Positions 26,893 through 38,981 of a DNA stretch of 45,792 nucleotides are shown here, piece by piece (the first letter of the stretch is position 1; every line of letters begins with the position of its first letter). A program made the position numbers and the translations under genes. The notes beneath the pieces were generated by a model that was not told where the DNA came from, did no database searches, and saw nothing but the letters and a program-made list of their open reading frames with translations. The stretch comes from Bugula neritina (taxonomy: Eukaryota; Animalia; Bryozoa). The stretch spans positions 1 through 45,792 of the forward strand of contig CAXIUT010000128.1 in NCBI GenBank assembly GCA_964035545.1, read 5' to 3'.

Positions 26893-28322
26893 TCATTTTG
26901 ATTATTTGGGTGGTAAGTAACTGTTTCTTTCCATCTTTCTAAATTAACGCATCATCTCTAAACAAATCTTCTCTCTAAAAAGTATAATTAAATATCATCA
27001 TAAATCCTCCAATTAATACTCCACTTGCCAAAGCTGCTATAAAAGTAATACCTATTCCAGCCAGTTGATAAGCTCCATGCACCCATCTTGATCTACCTCC
27101 ATCAGCCTGGATATATTAATGATCATCAAGAGGACCATAGGCAGTAGTTGCATAAAGTATGGATGAGTAAATACCTCCTACAAAGGAAGGAATCAAAAAG
27201 ATGAAGATCGAACCCAAACTATCAAGGATCCCCTTTTCATTCATATTCTTCTTTTTTGCGTTGAAGATAGTAGTACCAATGCCCGAAAGAAGTCCAATAA
27301 ACATGGCAGGCCATGGATTTGGAAATACGTTGGAACTTGATCCATATGCAATTGCTCCCTATATATCAACTATATCATACAGTAAAACAGGAGAAAGTCA
27401 CATCATGGACAGCTAATTTTCCTCTTAGCCACACAGAAGCAGCAAATGAAGAAGCCGCACTCGCAGACAATGCAAAAAAGATATTAATAGGTGCAATCTG
27501 TCGATAATCAGGAACAAAGGAAGAAGCATCTGTTTGAGATTGGTCTATAAATGACAGCCATGGTAAAAGAATCCATACAAATATGGATCCAATGAGAGCT
27601 AAGGTTTGATTTTCATAATTAGTAGTATAGCGTGGATGTTATTTAGTATGTTATCTACCAAGAATGAAAGAAGCTACTATTCCAGCTACAGCACCAAAGA
27701 AAAATATTCTCATTCCATAGCCATTGTCAGAGATATTGAGTCTCCAGAAGACAGACTAATTAAAGGTATATCCAAAATTACCAACAAAACAGATAGCTAT
27801 TGCTTCAGCAGGTCCAATACGTCCTATTACCGGAAACAAAATAACATACATAGATATAGCACAGCATACTGCTTGACTGAGAGTGAAGTACTTCATATCT
27901 TACACTGGATTGGCAAATCTGCTGTCAGTATAGGTATATTTAAGTATGCCTGAAAGTCGTATATTGCTTGGATTGTCTGCCAAACTGGTGACATTGGCTG
28001 TGTCTGTGAGGTTGATGCTATACCAGAATTTTTTAACTAAAAAATACCATTGAATAGTAAATGCTAACATGATGAAGTTGAGAACGAGAGAAGTGATGGC
28101 TGACTCTTTGATATAGACTGTAAGCAATCCAAATCCTATATAAATTGATATTATACCTACAAGTAAGAGCATTGATAGGTAGACCGTTGCCAGTAGGCCA
28201 TTAAAATCTGAGTAGCTAACAGTTTGAGCATATCCTTCTTCGAAAGCATAGATGACAGCAAAGAAGATCTGCATGACGATGACAATCGCTGCAAATCCTC
28301 TGAGTGAGCGTTGGGTTGCCAT
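26893..28322 (-). CDS. Rh-family (Amt/Mep/Rh) channel, divergent
   Basis: Multiple TM helices; GFGLL...AFTIQW, VIGRIGP, FN(E)...DNGYGMRIFFFGA, LIGSIFVWILLP, GAIAYGS, GILDSLG...IPSFVGG; in-frame 21-nt intron 28137-28157. Confidence 0.85.
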
Positions 28323-28398
28323 AATTCGAATATTATTAACAATAAATTTTCATAGATTGAATTATTAGTCAAATATAGTTTGTATATTTAAATAACAA

Positions 28399-29460
28399 AT
28401 GAGCAGAGAACGTCCCATGTACACCTTACCACAAAAACAAATCGATCGACCCTTGAGTCCTCCATTCCATTCAGACTACGGACTACCTTTAAGATTATCA
28501 GATACCCATCAAAATAACTAATCATTAGTAATATTTAATGGACAGGAAAGAGATCATTATCGATTTCATTAACAATCTCCAGTCAGTAGCAACCACCAAT
28601 CAAGACAAGTCATCAAATCTACCTCACAAAAAACTTTACCTATCATATTCAATGGATATAACGATCGAGGATAGAATCATGAAAAAGGATATCGAGATAA
28701 AGGAAATTAGAATATTTAGGGGAATTATTCTTAGGTTTATCAGTATGGTAAAGTTCATGGATAGATGGAAAATCAGTTGGATGCAAATGGATTTCCTACT
28801 TTTAAGAACTTGGCGCAAGAGAAATAACCACAAACTGCACATTTTATTCCTCAAGAACAATAAGAATATCAACTCACGTTTAATCATAGTAATAGACAAG
28901 GATATTAAAATTATCAAAATAATAAAATGTCAAATTAGGTACAATATCTTACAGTTCCAGGGTAAAATCATACACAAAAGTCTATGCAACAACCAGTACA
29001 ACCACAGTTAAATCAAAACAATAACATGATCAGACCATCAAGTAGACCACCTTTAACACCTCCCTCGCCAAGAAACTTACAACTACATAGCCAACAAACT
29101 CCATAACAGCCAAAATTAATACAAATACCATAAAATGAATACCAGCATTTTATAGATCATCTTCCTATATGCAAAAGAACCCAAGAAGAACTGCTATCAC
29201 TTCGAACAAAGTGCTAAGATATACAGCACAAGGAACAGAGTTACTGGTAAGAGAATATGTCACTTAGAGAGTAGAACAAGAGGTTGAGAAGTTTGGTGGG
29301 TCATTTGGAACAGAGAGAGAAGTAGCTAGTAGCACAAAAACAAGGTAGTAGAGGAGTAGGGCAGTTTATTGGTTTAGTTAAAGAGTATTAGAAATCGACA
29401 TTAGATGAGTGTAAGTTGTTGTTCTAGAGGTATCGGCTATAAAAACAAAAAAATAAGTGA
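28399..29460 (+). CDS. Hypothetical protein (Q/P/N-rich, C-terminal coiled coil)
   Basis: Uninterrupted 354-codon frame under TAR=Glu. Confidence 0.8.
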
Positions 29461-29782
29461 TTTATTTAATACTATTGTTTTAATAAATAAAATCATAAAA
29501 ATTGGAAATAATTTATATTATTATCAATAATTATCAATGATAAAAAGGATTTATTATATTAATTTTTAACCAATATAATTTGAACATATAATTTTCTATA
29601 AATAAATAATTGAAACGCCATTCGAATTTTAATATTTCCTTACTACTAAACTGTCAAATAAATCATGCTATTGATCTTTTTGATCCAAAAGAACTCCAAA
29701 AATAGATAAAACATACACTTCCAAACCCAAAAATATAAATCTATCTCTTTATTTCCCAATATAATAGTCCAATAAACTAAAA

Positions 29783-31683
29783 ATGCTCAACATAAATCCA
29801 TACTCCCCAAGACCAGCAAAAACATCCATGATATTTCCCACAAACATCAACCCCAAAACATAGTCGAGTCATCTCCTCAATCCCAACTATCTACCATCAA
29901 AACCTTAATCCAAATAATAAGCAGGAAATAATGTCTATCCCAAAGCACTTGCCAGCCAATCAATGATCAATATGAATTCTGCATCATCTGCCAGAAGAGC
30001 CCCTTTTCCTAAACTATAAACCATGGCAAGAAAAGCTACTCCATCTTTTAAATAAGATCCTGTTTAGATGAAAATCACAAAATAGGTTGATAAAAATACA
30101 TATTAGACTCAATAAGTTAAAAATAGTACTAAAACTAGTGCCTTCTTTCCAAGAAGACTTAGCTCTGATCTATCTGGTTTTTAAATCAATTTAAGACAGC
30201 CCTAAACTCAAAACGTATAAGAAAAAGTCTAACCGAAGAGACGGTAGTCAATTGATTTAGGTACTCCTATAAGAAAATAAAACAGTTGCTCAACTCTTCC
30301 TTTTATGCGAAGAGTAGCTCCAAGTGATATCAAACCCTAGGTTCCAGTATAAGCAAATAAAAACGAAACAGAATCGCCCAAAAAGAAAAACTTCTAATTT
30401 TTGAAGAAAAGACCTTTTGTAAAAGAGTAATCCACAATGTTTACTAATACTACTTCATCAAATCCTATAAGTTCTTCATTTATCAATACATCAAGTAGTT
30501 CAAATCACACTCAAAGTATGAAAACCTTAGCATCATACTCATAACATCAAAACCTACCAAAAAAAATATAACTAACAAAACCATATCGACCAAGCGACCT
30601 AATTATCAACGAATCAAAACAAAGATAAACAAACAAAGTATAATAAAGTAAATATCTGAATGTCCCTAACATGGAATTCAAAAAAAAGAAATTCCAATAA
30701 AGTCCCATAGAAATGACATCAAAACCAATCTAGATAAATTCTGCAAGAACATTGAAAGAAAATGGTCCAAAAAGGTAGTTTATAACTTTGAAAGAGAAGA
30801 GATAGATGAAGAATAGAAGATAGATCAAGTTGTAAGATTTTTAGTTGTTATAGAAATTAGGAAAAGGTGCATTTGGAGATGTATTTATAGCTCAATAAAA
30901 AAATATAGGTTTTATTTGTGTGATAAAAAAAATATCAAAAAAAAGAATAAAATAACAAAAAGTAGAAGAACATATCCTCAGATAAATCAAAATACAAACC
31001 TACCTCAACCATGCCCTCCTCACCTCTCTTTTCGGCTACTTCCACGACCAATAACATGTCTACCTGGTCTTATAAGCCCTTCCTGATGGCAGTCTCCAAA
31101 ACGTAAAAAAAAAGAAAAAACTACCATAAAAATAAACAGCAAACATCGTCAGACAAGTAGCTTAGGGATTGAAATATATGCATGAATAGTATATTATCCA
31201 TCGCGATCTCAAACCTTAAAATCTATTTGTCAATTAAGTATCTTTATCTTTATGTAGGGAACTCTCAAGTTAGGCGATTTCGGATGTTCAATCTACAATA
31301 GAAATTTAGGATTAAGAAATACTGTTGTCGGATGTTTATAATATTCTTCACCCGAGCAGCTGTCTAATTAGGGGTACAGTGACAAGATAGATTCTTGGAG
31401 TTTGGGTATTTTGACTTATTAGTTGCTATTTGGGCGATCTCCCTTTGAAAGCGATATGATAAATTTAGCTAAAAACAAGTAAATGAAACCATAGCTATCT
31501 ACTTTGAACTTTCCTGCAGGAATAGCAGTCAAATAGTAAACCAAAGCTTTTATATCTAATTTGTTATAAGCCGAACCCGATCGCAGGATGGATATGGATG
31601 AAGTACTTGAACATCCTTTCTTGAAGTTAGAAGTTGTCAAAGATGTAGTTTTAACATAGTAGATCTAAACACTAAAAATATGA
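29783..31683 (+). CDS. Aurora-like protein kinase with long N-terminal extension
   Basis: LGKGAFGDVF, HILR(E)IKIQTYLNH, LFGYFHD, IIHRDLKP(TAA=E)NL, 20-nt intron 31238-31257, LKLGDFGCS, RNTVVG, KIDSWSLGILTY(E)LLFGRSPF. Confidence 0.9.
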
Positions 31684-31733
31684 TATCAATTCATTAGAAC
31701 TTATCTATATTAATAATAATAAAAACAATCAAT

Positions 31734-32189
31734 TCATAACAATATTTTCTTGACAACCTCTTTGATTTTTTGACGTTTTACGACCGCCAAAACAAACAAA
31801 AGCAATCCCACGACAACAAAAACAATCTTTTTGATATTATTTTTATTGATAAATTTCTTATTAGATTTCTAATGAACGATTCTACTCTAAATCTATTTTT
31901 CCTTGATTTATTTCCTTTACAAACACTCCTATAAATAATCTGATAACTCCAAACAAGAAGCTATCTCCTATTTCGATATATACTTATGAATGATCTTTTT
32001 GAATTATTCGTATCGCTTGAATAAAAGGATCTCTTTTGTTGAGTTTAACTTATCTTGTTTTAGATTTTTATCCAGGAGATCTTGTTCGATTTGTTAGTTT
32101 TTTTATAATTTGCTTCTTAGAATTTTTATATCGGATTTTAGAGGAATATCCAGTTGTTTCTTAGGTTTCAAAGTCAAATATTTTTGCAT
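31734..32189 (-). CDS. Small tail-anchored membrane protein, hypothetical
   Basis: 152-codon frame; C-terminal IVFVVVGLLLFVLAVV flanked by basic residues. Confidence 0.7.
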
Positions 32190-32360
32190 TATGACGTATC
32201 AATATAGTTTTTATAATTAAATATACCAAAAACTCAAAAACAAAAATGTTCTTGCTAATCATTTATCTATCGAAATTGATCAATAAATATCCGATATAAG
32301 TATATTGATCTATCTGATTACTCTATTGAATTTTATTCTTGCAGGCATATAATAAATTAG

Positions 32361-32777
32361 ATGGATAAATCAACTATTTTGAAGTAGGTTCAGACCATAA
32401 ACAAATAAGGATTTCTTTATAAGTAGAGTCGTTTTCTTAAAAGTTGGCGTCAGTACCTCATTCTAACTCAGACGATGGGTAGTCCTCACTAACAACCTCA
32501 TCCTAACCTATAAATAAAGAAGACAATATGAATCTCCCACCTAAGTCATCCTCCTCAAAGAAGTTGTCTCCATCAAAAGTTGCTAATAACATGACAAACC
32601 TCATGTTTTTGTATCATTTGATATTAAATAGAAAGTATAGACCAACTAAACTACCTTTTTCTTTGCCTGCTAGGCTGGAATCGAAAAATAACATTGGATA
32701 GGAGCAATAGGTAGATATGAAGTTAAATAGGTAAGATAATGGTCAAAAGTACCCATCAGTTTCGATAATAAGACTGA
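32361..32777 (+). CDS. Stand-alone PH-domain protein
   Basis: K(E)GFLYK(E)SRFLKSWRQRWVVLTNNLILTYK...FFFAC...EK(E)HWIGAIG after removing introns of 19, 21 and 20 nt (32453-32471, 32611-32631, 32711-32730). Confidence 0.85.
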
Positions 32778-32853
32778 ATAAAACACTCATCTTTAATCAT
32801 AAACCATCATAATTGTAAACTATCAACTAAATATCATCATAAGCAAAACATTA

Positions 32854-34113
32854 TCATCCATTGATTCGACTCTTATCCATTTTGTTCAACCTGAATTCTT
32901 ATGATATCCCCACCTTTATTTCTTAATGATTAATCGCTGTATTTTTACTAGTAGTTGGCCTTGAATCCTGCTTAGCAGTCGTTACTCTTGAATCGTTTTT
33001 GGCTGTAGTCGGTCGAGATTGATTTTTAGCTGTAGTCGGTCTAGAATCTTTAGCTCCTTTATTGCTACTGCTACCAGAATTATTGTCATCACTTGATGGA
33101 CTGTTTCCTAACACCTAGTTACTCTCTTTTTAGTTAGTTATCATTATTTATGCATTTTATGTGTTTTTGTCTTAACCAATATCTCCACGATTTATCATCG
33201 ATGCCTATGGATCTATTAAGAGAGGATCATCATTTCCAAATATCTTTAGAATATTTTTACCTATCGTTGATCTAAATATAACATAATATACTTAGAAAAA
33301 GGGTTACCTGAAATCGATACCCAAGAATCTTTGCAAAACTAGTTAGTTGTACTATTTTGAAAAGAAAGAAATATATGAAAAACAAGTAATATTCCAACAA
33401 AAGTCATCCCAAGAAAGACATATATACTCAATATGATATTAACTATAAAGAATCCCAGCTGACTACTTCGATCTAACCTCGTCAATACTATGATTATTTC
33501 CACGAAAAGAAAGAAACAGAATAGAAACAGAGATAAGACAAAACTGAAAAAATATTTATAATTTCTCTTACCTACACAAGTACCAATCCAAGGACAATGA
33601 TGATCGAATCGTTCAACACAGATGTTGCATTAATAACAGTGAGCTGTCCTTGGAGGACGGTAAATAAAACATGTTGAACAGAGTTTTACTTTCAAGTTGT
33701 GGGTTTTTATTGGAAGACAGAATACCTAAATAGCATGGTTTCAGTACCTTTGAAGCGTCTCGCATTTGACCGTTTTCATACTTCTCGTCAAGAGGAATTC
33801 TTTTGAGATTCTTGTTTTCGTAACCTGATAGAATTTTAGGAATCATACCGGGATCTGTGAATCCCAAAATAGCTAAAAATATCTGTACGATGATGTTAAA
33901 CAATATAGTGAGGACAAGTAATCCTACAGGAGCTTTGAAGGCAGTTACAGCATAGAAGAGAATGGCTCCTCCCCAGATAAGAACATGGGTAATGGCATAT
34001 TTTCGAGGTTCTGAAACCAGAAATCCGAAGCATTGCTTGTAGGTTTAGTAGTTCGGAACTTATGAAACCTAGTACATTTGGACATGATTGACAGTTGCCT
34101 ACTTATGACTCAT
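32854..34113 (-). CDS. DHHC palmitoyltransferase (Erf2/ZDHHC9-like)
   Basis: TDPGMIP; [16 protein letters not shown](E)[27 protein letters not shown]; TTN(TAG=E); NPF; two tiny introns. Confidence 0.95.
32941..33051 (-). repeat. Four 27-nt coding repeats ([36 protein letters not shown]) in the DHHC tail
   Basis: Visible in ORF 32923..33114 and in frame with the DHHC C-terminus. Confidence 0.85.
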
Positions 34114-34372
34114 TCTTCAAAAAAAGCTAACTGTTTGAAATATTAATATGGACCACCAATAACGATCAAACATAGGCTATTAAATATGTTAATGACAACA
34201 AATAATGCTTGAATCAAATAAATATTGTAGTTGATAAGAAAAAGTAACAAATTATATTATAAGATTAACAAATAGAAATCAACTAAGAAATATTGTGAGA
34301 TTTATAGAAACTAGTAAGGTATACTAAGAAAAATTAGAAAAAATAAATAATGATGATTCTGTATAATAATTA

Positions 34373-36410
34373 ATGAATATTAACCAACTTCCGGCAGAAA
34401 AACTTTCAAACACAAATAATCCAGTTAACTAAGAACGCCCTTAACCACAAAATGCTATCTAGGACTTGAATCCTATCTCTCTCCTCAATAAACCAGGTAT
34501 TTTCTCTTGAATTCAGCCTAATTTAAATAAGCTTTCTTTTCGATGGTCTGTCTGGCAACCTAGTCTTTCAAAGCAAAAAACTACTAAAAAGCAGCATTAG
34601 CTCTAACCAAATGCACTGACATGCTAGATGTAGATTATAGGTCATATAGTTGGGTAGAAACATATTGAAAGATATCAACCGGTACTGGAAACTAGTTATT
34701 TACGGTAATCTAGCTTGTTGTTATCACTATACTAGGAAACTATCAAAATGCAATAAATTTTGCTAGAAAGTAAAAGAATAACTCGAAAAAGCACTCAATG
34801 ATAACATAGAAAAAGAAGTTTTCCTCAAACTTTCAAGAACTCTCATCAAACTCAAATTCCAACATTGCGCCATCCTCTCACAACTAGAACAACATAACAG
34901 AGCATTCGAATTATGCAAAAGTACTGTCCCCATGCTCAAACAATACATCTAAGCATTGCTGTCTTACGTACAAGAACACTCTACTTTGTAAGGATCATAA
35001 AAACGATCCAGTTAGACCGTTCAATTCAGTCGACAAGTCCACCGTTTTGCTTAGACTTTACTCGGTGATTTACTGAAGTGTATAAATGAGCCTTTGAAGA
35101 GCAAGGAGAGGACTGGATTTTACTATTGGTAAAAAAATCCATAACAAAATTAATAACAAGTAAAAAAGAAATTTATCCCTCACAGCAGTGAAAATAACAA
35201 CTGCAAAAGATCTATTTTAGGTGTGAGTAAATCAACCCATTGGATAGATTAGTTCAATATTGGTACAATCATGCATTTCTCTTAAATGGCTATCAACGAT
35301 TTCGACAGTACAACACCTATTGAAGAATATTTATTTAAAGATAGACTATATTAATTGGTTATTTACTGTTCAATGGCTCATTTTACGATGGCAACTGAAT
35401 TGAGACTAATCTAATCCCAACAAGATCGACCGTAAGAAGTACCAAATGCTCATATATCTCTTATGAAGAAATATGGATATGAATAGAAATCAGAGTTATT
35501 CAAGTTATCAGAAATATACCATTTGAGATCGATTTAGATTATGGCTAAAAATATCAAAACTACAGTTCCATATATCACTCATATCATCAGATCATATGAA
35601 AAACATTATATCAAACATAAAAAAGTATTAGAACCTATTGCTGCCATAGTTGAAGAATCGGCGCTATCGATTAATTAGTCTATCAATTAGAGAGCTTATA
35701 AAGTTGAAGAGGAGAGAGAAGGGTATTACGAGACTGCTTATAGTAATTATATGGTTGAAAAAGAACAGAGGATTTTGGAGAATAATTAATATAGAAATTA
35801 AGAAGGAGGATAATTATTGTTAGAATCACAAAGAAATCCGGTAGGTTTGGGGCAAGTTGCCATGCAATCAGGTTAAAAATAAAAGTAATAAAGAAGACAA
35901 TAACTCAAATAACCATAACTTAACTCACTGATAGAACAAGAGATCAAATAAGAGAAAGACATCAAATTGATGACAGTCAAGTCAGATGGCAATCTTTTAA
36001 GATAGCCTATCGATAGTCCAAGAGATGATTTTAATAACAGCGGATAGTATCTTAAAAGCCATAGAAAAGAAACAAGTCGAATGAAGAAAACATCTAAGAG
36101 ATAGAAGTCAGCAGGCAAGTTGGGAGCATTGAGAGGATCTAACCCAAGTAACACTCAAAGAGCACATAAATAGCATATAAAATAACATAAAAAATAGCAT
36201 AAACATAAAATATAACGTAAAAAATAGTAAGAACGTCATAATGATTACAAACTTAGAGGATAAAAACTTGATAATAAGAAATAGAAATAAAGAAAAACTT
36301 TAAAGAAAGATCATCCGGAGATAGAAAATGATAAATATCGTGAGAAATAAATTAAAATCAAAACTGAATCTTGCACTCATATCAAAGTTCTTTATAAGAA
36401 AAAGAAATGA
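34373..36410 (+). CDS. TPR-like helical protein with low-complexity C-terminus
   Basis: IYGNLACCYHY, FQHCAILSQLEQHNRAF; 20-nt introns 34497-34516 and 34630-34649; ends YKKKK-TGA. Confidence 0.7.
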
Positions 36411-36503
36411 TGCATTTCATTATATTATCATCGATGATTTCTAATAAAAAAAACGATAAATCTTTTTATTTTTAGTCTTATTATTTGTCATAATAACTTT
36501 ATC

Positions 36504-37449
36504 ATGATCAGAAACATTCGCATCGACACCAGAAAACTAAAAAACAAAAACTACGTTCAAGCCCATAAGGTAAGTCAAGCTCAAATCCGTCTAAATTCAA
36601 AAAATTCTTTCTAAAAACTAATAACAGACACCTAGTAATACGACATCTACATAAGTATATCATTCTAACTAAGAAAAAATACACAATAAAATGACAAAAT
36701 AACAACAAAACAACCCAGTTCTCGTTATTCCTAAAAGTTTTTAGAAATTCATCGTATCAAAACTATTCAAATCCCTTCTTAAAAAAATATTCTAGTATAT
36801 GGTTTTATTCTAATAATCTCTCAATAAATATAAAAATCATGCAGAACAAAATTAAAGCAGATGCGGGTCGCTTATGCTCCATTAATCTCATTAACTGGAA
36901 TAAAAATGCAAATAAATTAGCTATGCATATATGGGAGTGCTTCTGAGTCACGCATAAGCTAAATTTATCTTCAGAGATCAGTATTTTTTCTAAACTATGA
37001 TTTATTTCATCTCACAAATGCTTAAATAAAATTTTTAATAAGAAATATACCCTCAAATCGATTCATAACTCAATAGAATCTTCAGAACCAACACCTTCAA
37101 CCTCATCCAACGAAGATACCACTAAGATCAACTTGTACAATAGTACCCCCAGCTAAAAGATACCAAATATACTCCCAATTTCTAAGCAGATGAGCAACTG
37201 ATTAGCAGATTAAAAGCCCATAAAAAATTTCAATACGCAGTCCATATAAAAAACCGACCAATATCATAACTAACAAGACCACTAAATATGTACCAATCAG
37301 CTTCGAAATCAATATACAGTAGATCACCTTTAATAGCTTCTTTTTTTCCCAGCTAGAGATAGAAACTATTCACATTTTCTCGACAGCATTCAGTCCGAGA
37401 TAAAATCGTAACATCTATGACCAGAAAGCGATCATACAGTAAAAAATGA
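36504..37449 (+). CDS. PPP1R36-like protein (PP1 regulatory subunit family)
   Basis: DQYFF(E)TMIYF...IDS(E)LNRIFRTNTFNLIQRR and RSPLIASFFPS(E)R(E)K resemble recalled PPP1R36 blocks (FFESFY...EVGRLFRTNMFN; RSPVMSTLLPSLREK); 19-nt intron 36655-36673. Confidence 0.65.
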
Positions 37450-37473
37450 TTAATCATATCTATATTTAATATT

Positions 37474-38846
37474 ATGTAAACAAATAAGAAATGGGTATAG
37501 AAGGCAATTACCTACCAAGATATCTACTATAAGAAAAAAATCAATTTCAGCAAATTAGTCTAAAACCTCAGCAATGAATTATATCTCGATCAAAATCTGC
37601 TCAAAAAACTTATCAAATAGGCTATCAAAATTACAAGTACCTTTTATACTAAAGCAAGGCAACGAACCCAATATCATCGATTTGTAAGATCCAGTTACAG
37701 TCATCGGCGACATCCATGGACAGCTATTCGATCTGCTAAAAATACTATCATACACCCATCTGCTCAAACCTCCAGAAGAGTATCCTCCGAAGGTGGTCTT
37801 CCTTGGAGATTACGTCGATCGAGGAATGTAATCATTGGAGGTGATAATTTTATTGATTGCTCTCAAAATATAAAATCCTCACAATGTATATCTACTGCGA
37901 GGAAACCACGAATCAAGAACTATGACTGAGCAGTACAACTTCATGTAGGAATGCGTGGCTGCTTATAGCCAGGAAATATATGAGCTGTTTATGTAATTTT
38001 TTGATAGCTTGCCTCTGGCGTCGATTATCAACAAGGCATATTTTTGTGTGCATGGGGGAATATCTGATAAGCAGGCGACTGTATTGCTGTTGATATCTAG
38101 ATTGGAAAGATAAATAGTATTGAGAGGATGTGTGAAATACCTCTGTAGAAAGTGTTATTTTGTGATTTGATATGGGCAGATCCAGTTTAAGATATCAATG
38201 GACAACTCAGAAATCGAAGTGTTTATAATTTTTCTAGAGATTGTTCGATAGTCTTTGGCGCTACTCTTGTCAATGAATTTCTCAAATAGAATTCATTGAC
38301 CACTGTTATCAGAGCTCATTAGGTCTTTTTGGAAGGGTATAATATGCATAGATGGAACAGACACAGCAACATCCCTCCAGTCATCACCATCTTCTCGGCT
38401 CCTAACTACTGCAGTAGCTACGGCAACAAAGGCGCTTTCCTCAAAATATAAGTATCATATAATTAACCTAGCACAACCAAATAAAAATAAAACAGATCAA
38501 AGAACATGAACCCGAAAGACATAAATTTTTGAGTTTTGACGTGTTTACCTGGACCATAGGTGAACTGATGAGAAACGTCAATGAAGTAATGATGCATTTG
38601 ACTAGCAATTTTGTTAAGAAGAGATTGCCATAGATGAATAAGTTTACATTGCAGGAGCAGGGAACTATTTTTGTTAATTATTAGTTAAATAATGGTAAAA
38701 GATTCAAACCTGCGGGATTGATATTTTAACCAATTATCAAGAGAGTGCCATTGACCGAGGAATAGTAAAGAAATAGGTTGTTTAATCGAAGTAATTAGTA
38801 TTATAGGAATTCTGAAAAAATTCATTATAGAGTACAAAAAAAATGA
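37474..38846 (+). CDS. PPP-family Ser/Thr phosphatase, calcineurin A-like
   Basis: [39 protein letters not shown](E), FSAPNYC, and FDVFTW (start of the CnB-binding helix); introns 37637-37658, 38081-38100, 38452-38471. Confidence 0.93.
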
Positions 38847-38981
38847 TGTTTCATATTTACGATAATGTATTTTATATTTATAAAATACTCTATTCGATCT
38901 ATTATGATTATATGAAGGAAATACAATAAAAAGATAAGTATCTTGTATTTTATAAATACTATACAACATAACACATAGGCA

